A stretch of 55,019 bases of DNA, taken from a virus. Lineage: Duplodnaviria; Caudoviricetes. Below, piece by piece: positions 27,271 to 33,836 of this stretch (its first letter is position 1; each line of letters opens with the position of its first letter). The position numbers and the translations under genes are program-made. Under the pieces are notes generated by a model, which was given only the letters and a program-made list of their open reading frames with translations, did not search any database and was not told the DNA's origin. The stretch covers positions 1 through 55,019 of IMG/VR virus record IMGVR_UViG_3300016484_001516, one strand, 5' to 3'.

Positions 27271-27340
27271 CGTGGGGAAGAAAGGTAGCCGATAGGTTGC
27301 CATTCTTTCTTTCAAGAAAAGGGAAATTATTCGCATTAAA

Positions 27341-27367
27341 TCGTAACCATTGCCAAAATGGGTCGTT
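27341..27367 (+). promoter_or_regulatory. ECF-like promoter copy 7
   Basis: TCGTAACCATTGCCAAAATGGGTCGTT. Confidence 0.75.
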
Positions 27368-27404
27368 CAATCCTATATATTAATTATTTAACAATCAATC
27401 AATT

Positions 27405-27581
27405 ATGAAATTTATTGCATTCAATTTAGCCGATGATAATAACCAATTAATCGAAATAAACGCAAGTAAAATCGTAGCACTTATATTTGAGGGCGAAAGT
27501 ACCATCATAGAAACGGAAGGAAAATCATATTGCGTGGAGGGCGATATTGATGAGGTAAAACAAAAAATTAACAAGCAATAA
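27405..27581 (+). CDS. Small FlbD-like protein (58 aa, not in ORF track)
   Basis: MKFIAF...IEINASKIVAL...TIIETEGKSYCVEGDIDEVKQKI resembles the FlbD-family pattern. Confidence 0.55.
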   Translation: MKFIAFNLADDNNQLIEINASKIVALIFEGESTIIETEGKSYCVEGDIDEVKQKINKQ

Positions 27582-27582
27582 T

Positions 27583-27714
27583 ATGAGCGTAAAAAAATCA
27601 AAACGCAAAAAATTAATACCTCGCGCATGGCGCAACAAACGTGCAAAGGAGGCGCGAAAATTGTTGAAAAACAGCCGCAGAAAAGTTAGCGCGAGCGCGA
27701 TTTATTATTTTTAA
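27583..27714 (+). CDS. Small highly basic peptide (43 aa)
   Basis: MSVKKSKRKKLIPRAWRNKRAKEARKLLKNSRRKVSASAIYYF; ends at a terminator (27712-27740). Confidence 0.5.
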   Translation: MSVKKSKRKKLIPRAWRNKRAKEARKLLKNSRRKVSASAIYYF

Positions 27715-27772
27715 GCCACATTTTTGTGGCTTATTTTTTTCTTTCAAAATAAGTGAAAGAAGTTGCGAAAAG

Positions 27773-27801
27773 TCGTAACCATTGCGGTGTGTGGTCGTTA
27801 C
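27773..27801 (+). promoter_or_regulatory. ECF-like promoter copy 8
   Basis: TCGTAACCATTGCGGTGTGTGGTCGTTAC. Confidence 0.78.
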
Positions 27802-27834
27802 ATGACTATATAAACCATTAATAAACAACGTATT

Positions 27835-28173
27835 ATGAGCAACAGACTAGACAGGGACAAGGTATTCTACATTATCCGCAACGTGTTTGATGATGAGAGA
27901 ATGTCAGATGAGAAGTTCAAAAAAGTATTGGAAGGAGTCGGATTGTACAGCCCCAAATATTACAAACTTCTAAAAGAGTACAGGGTGGTAAATAAAACAG
28001 GCTTCTTAAAATCCAATTACGCTCCCTTCGCGCACCGCAATGCGGGAGATAGAAAAGCCAACATGAAAGGTGAAAAAGCCTACTATCGCGCTAAAAAGAA
28101 TGGCGAAAAGCAAAAGGCTGCGAAGCAAATCCAAGAAGACATTGAACTTTACTATGAAATGAAAGCGGTTTAA
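27835..28173 (+). CDS. Basic hypothetical protein
   Basis: 112 aa following promoter copy 8. Confidence 0.7.
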   Translation: MSNRLDRDKVFYIIRNVFDDERMSDEKFKKVLEGVGLYSPKYYKLLKEYRVVNKTGFLKSNYAPFAHRNAGDRKANMKGEKAYYRAKKNGEKQKAAKQIQEDIELYYEMKAV

Positions 28174-28281
28174 ACGGTGTTTAAGCCGCTTTTAATTTCG
28201 AATATAAATCATGTTTCCACAACAAGTGTATAACTTATTTGTTTTTTTGATAATAAACATAGTATTTTTGCAAAATAAATT

Positions 28282-28352
28282 TGCGCGGTGGAGAAGTGGT
28301 ATCTCGTGAGGCTCATAACCTTAAAACGTTGGTTCGAATCCAACCTGCGCGA
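28282..28352 (+). tRNA. tRNA-Met (CAT), initiator-like; CCA not encoded
   Basis: TGCGCGG/CTGCGCG acceptor with T1:G72, GAGA/TCTC D-stem, TGAGG-CTCATAA-CCTTA, GTTGG-TTCGAAT-CCAAC; TATTTTTG -7 element at 28263. Confidence 0.88.
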
Positions 28353-28370
28353 CAAGCAACCATAATTTTA

Positions 28371-28575
28371 GGGGCGGATGATTGAAAGACTGATGCGCAG
28401 CAGCACTTAGTGAATCCGCCCCGCTACGAAATAGCACTTTGGGCAGTTGAAGGTAAGCAGAGGAAGATACAGCATCGCTGTGGTAGGGAATCCCATTAAG
28501 TATTCCTGTTGCCTGTGTCCTACGATGAAGCTATAATAGACTGCCATACACAACCAAGCCCCCGCAAGGGGGCAT
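28371..28575 (+). ncRNA. Structured ORF-free RNA downstream of the tRNA
   Basis: GGGGCGGAT/ATCCGCCCC, GGCAGT/ACTGCC, AGGAA/TTCCT, TACAGC/GCTGTG, GCCCCC-GCAA-GGGGGC. Confidence 0.55.
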
Positions 28576-28623
28576 TTTAAACAGCAGGGTTTGCATCTTT
28601 CATATCTTTTTCTTTATTCTCGG

Positions 28624-28653
28624 ATAGGATTTCTTCGGAAATCCTATTTTTTT
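28624..28653 (+). terminator. Intrinsic terminator (UUCG loop)
   Basis: ATAGGATTTC-TTCG-GAAATCCTAT-TTTTTT. Confidence 0.85.
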
Positions 28654-28699
28654 GCTAAAAAATTTGGAATATACTATTTTTTTTAGTAAGTTTGTATTC

Positions 28700-28797
28700 T
28701 CATAAGTGATAGAACGCGCCCGATGGGAAAAGAAGGCAGCAGTGATGCAGCTTAGGGTAGCAATATCAGGTGGAAGCTCCTTCGGGAGTTTCCATTT
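28700..28797 (+). ncRNA. Candidate ~95-nt sRNA with own promoter and terminator
   Basis: TTTG (~28663) + TAAGTTTG (28687-28694) promoter; GCA-GTGA-TGC and GGTA-GCAA-TATC tetraloop hairpins; GGAAGCTCC-TTCG-GGAGTTTCC-ATTTT end. Confidence 0.55.
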
Positions 28798-28804
28798 TAA
28801 AAAT

Positions 28805-28844
28805 AAAAAAAACGGCTAAAAACATTGTTTTTAGCCGTTTTTTT
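28805..28844. terminator. Bidirectional terminator between convergent RNAs
   Basis: AAAAAAACGGCTAAAAACA/TGTTTTTAGCCGTTTTTTT. Confidence 0.85.
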
Positions 28845-28849
28845 GTTTT

Positions 28850-29066
28850 GTGCGCACCATCCTGCAAGTACGCCCAAATGAACTGTGACACGAATAGTTC
28901 GCTTGGGTAATGCTTATTGCCGCTAGTTGTGGATTTGACTGGATTTTTTTACGAGCTTCTTTGCTCAACCCTAATTTCGTGATACGCACCAGCGATAATA
29001 CCACTATTTCGGATTCAGAGTACACCACGCAATAAGTACCTCCGCAGGATAAGCACTCATTTTTAC
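28850..29066 (-). ncRNA. Candidate ~215-nt highly structured ncRNA with pseudoknot
   Basis: Minus-strand TATATTTG promoter (29073-29080), five nested helices, G-U pairs only on the minus strand, terminator at 28805-28844. Confidence 0.65.
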
Positions 29067-29175
29067 TCACCGCAAATATACGTAATATATTTGCATAAAA
29101 GCAAAATATTTTTTCAAAAAACACTTAAAATACTAATATTATTTTTATAAGTAATTGATTATAAATTATTTAGAA

Positions 29176-29212
29176 AAAAAGCACAAAACGAAATATGAAT
29201 TTTATATCTTTG
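29176..29212 (+). promoter_or_regulatory. Internal terminal-motif copy overlapping a Bacteroidota promoter
   Basis: AAAAAGCACAAAACGAAATATGAAT (24/25 identical to 2602-2626), followed by TATCTTTG at 29205-29212. Confidence 0.65.
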
Positions 29213-29249
29213 CGAAATATTTCCCATTATTAACTCAATATCACTTATT

Positions 29250-29945
29250 ATGTACGGATTTTTCGCCCTAAGTTTTGTTGTCAGCACTTGCATGGCAATA
29301 TTCGGATTAATTGCACCACAAAAAGTAATGTTTTGGAGTAATAACCCCACACGTGCTAAAGCCTTTTTAGCATATTTATTTTGTGGTTTTTTTGCGCTTG
29401 CCGTTGCACCAGACCCCCCAAAAACGAAAAACACAAAAAGTAATGACAGTATTTCCACTGATTCAGATTCTCAAAAAGGTTCTTTCTCTCGCTCACTTGA
29501 CAAAAAGAAAGATACTACTCAGGAGATAGTTGAGGAGCAAAAACAGCTGATTAAGGTAGATTCTACGCCTTACATCTACAAAAAAGCGGTGGAAATGAAT
29601 AAAAAAGGCAAATACCAAGAAGCAGTTGAATTAGCTACGCAACTAATGCAAAGTGGCAATTTTTCGGATTCAGTTCGTTTGTGCCGAGCTAAATCCTTTG
29701 CAGCAATGGGTAAGAAAGCAGATGCGGTAGCGGAAATACAATCCATTCCTAATTATAACGATATTCCCGAAGCCAAGAAAATATACAATAAGGTCAATCC
29801 ATTGCGCAAAAAACTCGTAGGTTACCATACAAAATGCTGTGATGGCAGCATCAGTTATTCAACAGGAAGAGGAACTTGCTCTCATCACAAGGGAGTTTGC
29901 GGCACAGAAGCGGAGTATAATGAAACTAGAGAATTTGGAAATTAA
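29250..29945 (+). CDS. Membrane-anchored protein with TPR-like segment and C-terminal DUF3761-like Cys/His motif
   Basis: Two N-terminal TM helices; KGKYQEAVEL...RAKSFAAMGKKADAV; CCDGSISYSTGRGTCSHHKGVC. Confidence 0.75.
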   Translation: MYGFFALSFVVSTCMAIFGLIAPQKVMFWSNNPTRAKAFLAYLFCGFFALAVAPDPPKTKNTKSNDSISTDSDSQKGSFSRSLDKKKDTTQEIVEEQKQLIKVDSTPYIYKKAVEMNKKGKYQEAVELATQLMQSGNFSDSVRLCRAKSFAAMGKKADAVAEIQSIPNYNDIPEAKKIYNKVNPLRKKLVGYHTKCCDGSISYSTGRGTCSHHKGVCGTEAEYNETREFGN

Positions 29946-30053
29946 ATTCTTTTAAAATATTAATTAATTGTTTATCAATTAATTACATTCAAGTTAAAAT
30001 ATTTTTTATGTATTTTGTTTGCTTTTTGGTAAACTGTTTATTTACTTTGCAGC

Positions 30054-30252
30054 GTCCAAAACCAAAAGAATACATAAAAAGCATTTCGAGAACCATAAGG
30101 GAAAGTTCCCTTTGTCCATAAATTTATAATGGGCGCGAAGTGTCTGACTCAAGGGTAACTCCCTTGGTGCTTTCTTTTGGGGCATTGGACGGTCAGACGC
30201 TTCGCGTCCTTTTTCTATTTTTTTTAAGTTTAAGTCCAAAAACCAAAAGAAA
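30054..30252 (+). ncRNA. C4/CI-like antisense RNA switch
   Basis: GTCCAAAA(A)CCAAAAGAA at 30054-30070 and 30234-30252; complementary TTCTTTTGG and TTGGAC inside an 18-bp stem (30131-30148/30192-30209). Confidence 0.7.
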
Positions 30253-30708
30253 ATGAGTAATTTAAGTCCGCAGGCTTTTAGCCTGCAAAAACAAGATGGG
30301 GGCAATCCGCCCAAACAAAGCCTTATCAAGATAGAACTTGAAACTATTAAGGCTTTTCCCGCAAAGAATGTAGATATTGCCTTCCTTAATCGCGCTGTTC
30401 GCTTCTTCGCAATCTGCGCCATGAAGGAAAAATTGAAGGTGGGTGTGTATGAAATTAAGCCTAATGGCGGGAAGCTGAAGCACACAAGAGCCTCTCAAAT
30501 TGAGGAAGCTGCGATTCTTGATGGCGATTACCAATCCGCAGAAGAAAAAGCTATTTTCTTCTTGATTGAAACAACGCAAAACGGAAATACTTCGTATCTG
30601 ATTGAAACAGAAACATATAGTACAGTTGCTACGCTAAATCGCACTAAGAATGAGATTCATATTCAGCCCTATATTGTAGAGCAGAAAGGAGGAGAAAGCA
30701 ATGGATAA
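30253..30708 (+). CDS. Hypothetical protein, first gene under the antisense switch
   Basis: 151 aa; ATG abuts the second target repeat. Confidence 0.7.
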   Translation: MSNLSPQAFSLQKQDGGNPPKQSLIKIELETIKAFPAKNVDIAFLNRAVRFFAICAMKEKLKVGVYEIKPNGGKLKHTRASQIEEAAILDGDYQSAEEKAIFFLIETTQNGNTSYLIETETYSTVATLNRTKNEIHIQPYIVEQKGGESNG

Positions 30709-31084
30709 TGGACTCACATACATCACAAATAAGATGGCAGGAGAAATCCATAATGCGATTTCTAAGTTGCAATTATCTCAAGACGTGGAAGCCATTGAGT
30801 TTCTTCAGCAATTCTCCCTTGAACAACTTATATACGCTAGGGATTTAGCTCGTGTACTTTTCCAAGAAAAAATAGAAAAAATATGTGCGGTGGAGGAATA
30901 TATGCCCGATGAAGCGGTAGCAGCCACCTTCTTGTATGTAGCAAAAGGCGGTTACAAGCAGTTATCTGATGATGCAGAAGAGAAGGGAAAATTTGTCATG
31001 ACCTGCTGTCATAGTTCTAAGAATTTCGTCTTGTTTCTTGCGCCTCAAACTCCTCCTTCTCCAACAATGGCAACAGCGAAATGA
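30701..31084 (+). CDS. Hypothetical protein
   Basis: 127 aa, overlapping operon. Confidence 0.65.
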   Translation: MDNGLTYITNKMAGEIHNAISKLQLSQDVEAIEFLQQFSLEQLIYARDLARVLFQEKIEKICAVEEYMPDEAVAATFLYVAKGGYKQLSDDAEEKGKFVMTCCHSSKNFVLFLAPQTPPSPTMATAK

Positions 31085-31350
31085 GAGCTAGGGCAATTCA
31101 AAAATCAGATAGCGTTGCAACTGCACAGCCAAACGAGCAACAAAAGAAAGCAGAGTGCGCAGCATTATTAGTGAAACTCTGTAACTTTTGGGTAGCAACA
31201 GCAGTTATTTATTTGCGGGATAAGAATTGGGCAGCGTTAGAAAGAGCGCAACTCGCTTATAATCAAGCCCAAAGCGAATTATATCAGATTGCAGAAGAAG
31301 TACAATATAAGACTTTTTTACAGGCGCTATATGAATACAAGGAAATATAA
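31081..31350 (+). CDS. Hypothetical protein
   Basis: 89 aa, ATGA overlap. Confidence 0.6.
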   Translation: MRARAIQKSDSVATAQPNEQQKKAECAALLVKLCNFWVATAVIYLRDKNWAALERAQLAYNQAQSELYQIAEEVQYKTFLQALYEYKEI

Positions 31351-31849
31351 TTATTGGCAGAAATATAAGGAACTTGAAAAAAAGGCTTACGAAAATATGC
31401 GCAATTTTCATATAGTCTTTTCAAGTGAATTTGTGTCTATTAAGCTTGGATTGCACAGAAATATGAGGGAACTCGTAGATGAAATTGAGCTATATCATAC
31501 CATTTGGGCATATTACAACAGAACTAAGAATTTAGATGTGTACGAGGAAATAAAGTCCGAACTACTGGAGTTCGAAGATATGCGGCAATGTCTTATCAAT
31601 ATAGAAAAATCTGTAGAGGAAGCTGCCGATAACATGGTTTTCGAAGATGGAAGGAAAAAAGACAATTTCATTGAAATGGTTTTAACTCAAAGTTGGCTTA
31701 ATATACCGCCTCAAGAAAAAAATTATATCAAGGAGCGTATAAGCCAAGAAATTTTCAATGTTATTGGCATCGTCCCGTTGCAGCGATTGGTTATTCGGCA
31801 CTTCTTTCGTGAATACCAAGGCATGATTTTAAGAGCAGATTTCGAATAA
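31331..31849 (+). CDS. Hypothetical protein
   Basis: ATG at 31331; ends before a terminator. Confidence 0.65.
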   Translation: MNTRKYNYWQKYKELEKKAYENMRNFHIVFSSEFVSIKLGLHRNMRELVDEIELYHTIWAYYNRTKNLDVYEEIKSELLEFEDMRQCLINIEKSVEEAADNMVFEDGRKKDNFIEMVLTQSWLNIPPQEKNYIKERISQEIFNVIGIVPLQRLVIRHFFREYQGMILRADFE

Positions 31850-31852
31850 TAA

Positions 31853-31883
31853 GAAAAGGAAGCCTTTGCGGGCTTCCTTTTTT
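31853..31883. terminator. Bidirectional terminator between the accessory and late operons
   Basis: GAAAAGGAAGCC/GGCTTCCTTTTTTC. Confidence 0.8.
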
Positions 31884-31900
31884 CATTGATAATTAACTAA

Positions 31901-32311
31901 CTAATTAGCACAGGGTACGCTGTAAGTCTTAATATACCCATTTCTAACAAGCTTCTGTTTCTTCACTTTTTTTACATATCCGCCATACTCTACGTATTGG
32001 GCGGGCGCAAGCTCCACCACATACTTCACATTTTCATAAAGTGCGGGTATCGTCTTGGTACATTTCGTGAAGATACCATTTTCATCGCAGGTGAGCATCT
32101 CCTCAAAAGTCGCATCACGCACACATACTTGATGAATGACAGTATCAAGCACCGCAGCTTGCACCATTACTTTTACGGGAGGAATGACAATTACAATATC
32201 CTCCTCCTCATAAGTTGCAGGAATGTTCTCTTGCCTAACGCAGTCACTTTGTGCGTGTGTGGAGGCAAAAAAAGCAAAAACAAAAGAACAAAATAATAAT
32301 AAACGCTTCAT
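31901..32311 (-). CDS. Secreted Cys-containing protein with PA-x-Y repeats
   Basis: Sec signal MKRLLLFCSFVFAFFASTHA-Q; IPATYE, IPALYE, APAQYV. Confidence 0.65.
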   Translation of the reverse strand: MKRLLLFCSFVFAFFASTHAQSDCVRQENIPATYEEEDIVIVIPPVKVMVQAAVLDTVIHQVCVRDATFEEMLTCDENGIFTKCTKTIPALYENVKYVVELAPAQYVEYGGYVKKVKKQKLVRNGYIKTYSVPCAN

Positions 32312-32335
32312 AATAAATGAATTATAAATAAAAAA

Positions 32336-32914
32336 CTAATTTCCATCAGCAAGCGGCATTCCCTCCTCCACAGAATCTATTTCATCTTCAAAATCTACCT
32401 GTGCAGGGAATAAATCCTCAATATTTTGGATTGTGCGAGAAATATCCACAACCTTAATTCTGTACATCATTGTAAATAAGCGCAAATCTTCTAAGGGATA
32501 AGTTTCGCTTTGTGACTCAGTTCGGCACATTTTCCCGAACTGATAGTATTGACTGTCCGCAGGTCTAAATCCTTGTAACCAATGATGTACATGACCCGCC
32601 AAGTCGTAGAAGTCAAGTGCTTTTTGTGCCTTAAATCGGTCGTTATCAGGTTGATTACGCTTATTTATGTATGTATTAGCAGTTTGTTTGCTTAATACAT
32701 GGATTTTCACTTGCACATCGGCTACCTGAGTATTTTGCGTACCATCCTGCCAACTGATAGGCATTATTTGCACAAATGCGCACGGAAATGCTACTGCTAC
32801 ATTCTTCTCAAAGTAAGTTGGACCCATGTACTCATCAACGTGCTTAATGCCATTGTCTTCACCACCTATAATGATGAGTCTATTGGATATTTGTTGGATT
32901 AGAGTTGCTATCAT
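32336..32914 (-). CDS. Tail terminator/neck (Mu gp37-like)
   Basis: IKHVDEY, FPCAFVQI..ISW, VHHWLQGF, MCRTES; position after the gpG-like gene. Confidence 0.6.
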   Translation of the reverse strand: MIATLIQQISNRLIIIGGEDNGIKHVDEYMGPTYFEKNVAVAFPCAFVQIMPISWQDGTQNTQVADVQVKIHVLSKQTANTYINKRNQPDNDRFKAQKALDFYDLAGHVHHWLQGFRPADSQYYQFGKMCRTESQSETYPLEDLRLFTMMYRIKVVDISRTIQNIEDLFPAQVDFEDEIDSVEEGMPLADGN

Positions 32915-33462
32915 GTTTTTTTCACAGAGTCTATAATTTTTCGGAATTCAACATCCATTTTTGCCTTAATCTGATTATTCAATATTTGAGAATCGCCCAT
33001 GAATTGACGTTGTTCAATATTGATAGTCAGTTGTTTAGCTTTGGACATAGCATAATATTTATGCCCTTCTGCCCAACTATTTGCGTTATTTTTGGAAGCG
33101 AAAAGTTTTTCTGAAAGATGCCCAAAATAGGCTCTTTGCTTGGGCGTAGGTGTTTGAACGATTGTTCCGCCTTCGTTGTGAATCTTGGCGTAAGGAACTT
33201 CAGTTGCTACACGCGCAAATCCTGTACTATTTGTTACCCGCCTGATAGACCTCCGCAACCTTCCCGATTTTACAAGCAGATTTCTCTTGCTGCTACTTTT
33301 TTCAAGAAAATTGGGTTTTCTCTTAGCCCATGCTTTTCCCTCCCATGCCTCCCTGTCGAAAGAAGCTACGAAATGGTTCACCGCCTCATTCGCAGCCGTA
33401 ATCGGAAAGTTGCGAATGAGTTTGCTTAGTTGTTTTGCAGCTTCTTTGAAATTTGGAGTCAT
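32911..33462 (-). CDS. Phage virion morphogenesis protein (Mu gpG/tail S family)
   Basis: LLVKSGRLRRSI, VPYAKIHNEGG, QRQFMGDS. Confidence 0.85.
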   Translation of the reverse strand: MTPNFKEAAKQLSKLIRNFPITAANEAVNHFVASFDREAWEGKAWAKRKPNFLEKSSSKRNLLVKSGRLRRSIRRVTNSTGFARVATEVPYAKIHNEGGTIVQTPTPKQRAYFGHLSEKLFASKNNANSWAEGHKYYAMSKAKQLTINIEQRQFMGDSQILNNQIKAKMDVEFRKIIDSVKKT

Positions 33463-33464
33463 AA

Positions 33465-33836
33465 TCAATAAGATAAGATACTGAAACTGATACAAATACA
33501 ATATTTCGGCATATTCACGCTTGCAACTACCTTATACTCAATTGTTGTGCAGTCGCCATCAACCGTTGTGAGTGAATATAACTCTGTATTTGGGTAAGTT
33601 TGGAGAAGATACTCCTTGAGTAAGTCAATTGCCCAAGCCTTACCATGCTTTTTAAGCTGCTCCCTGTGCGTTTTTGAAATCGCATTTAAAACTTCTTTAA
33701 ACGATTCTTTTTTCCAACCCTTTTGCGTAAGAACCAAGCCGAAACCATGTTCCTCATTTGTTACAGTTGGCGTTTCTTCTTTCGCGCTATAAATGATAAT
33801 TCCCGCGCACAAAATTGCTAAAAACTTGTTTTTCAT
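33465..33836 (-). CDS. Hypothetical exported/membrane protein
   Basis: N-terminal signal/TM, coupled to the portal gene. Confidence 0.55.
   Translation of the reverse strand: MKNKFLAILCAGIIIYSAKEETPTVTNEEHGFGLVLTQKGWKKESFKEVLNAISKTHREQLKKHGKAWAIDLLKEYLLQTYPNTELYSLTTVDGDCTTIEYKVVASVNMPKYCICISFSILSY

Noticed and set aside
25903-27801. Recurrent TCGTAACC...TCGTTAC motif as a CRISPR array or integron attC sites
   Set aside because: Spacing is irregular (hundreds of nt), copies occur on both strands and always precede an ATG; no cas or tyrosine integrase gene is present
28168-28200. Phased TTTAA tracts near the midpoint as a strong gyrase site
   Set aside because: Similar tracts occur at ~241-270 and ~36428-36465; too short and low-complexity to call
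28355-28388. ATTGAAAG as a solitary CRISPR repeat (RNA anti-CRISPR)
   Set aside because: Only the 8-nt 3' handle matches; no repeat-like 5' end or hairpin, and it sits inside a larger stem
28353-28440. tRNA-associated HDV-like (theta) or hammerhead ribozyme
   Set aside because: I could not build the P1.1/P3/J4-2 double pseudoknot, and CTGATG/GAAA are not arranged as a hammerhead core; kept only as an unassigned structured RNA
28700-28775. Pistol or twister ribozyme (ATCAGGTG, TGATGCAGC words)
   Set aside because: The required pseudoknot partners and loop lengths are missing
28831-29124. 97-aa minus-strand ORF from the track as a real CDS
   Set aside because: Non-ATG start lies upstream of the predicted promoter, the frame runs into the terminator and has no motif; the pairing pattern is better explained by an RNA
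30042-30485. 147-aa minus-strand ORF across the antisense leader
   Set aside because: Shadow of the + strand leader and gene; no motif
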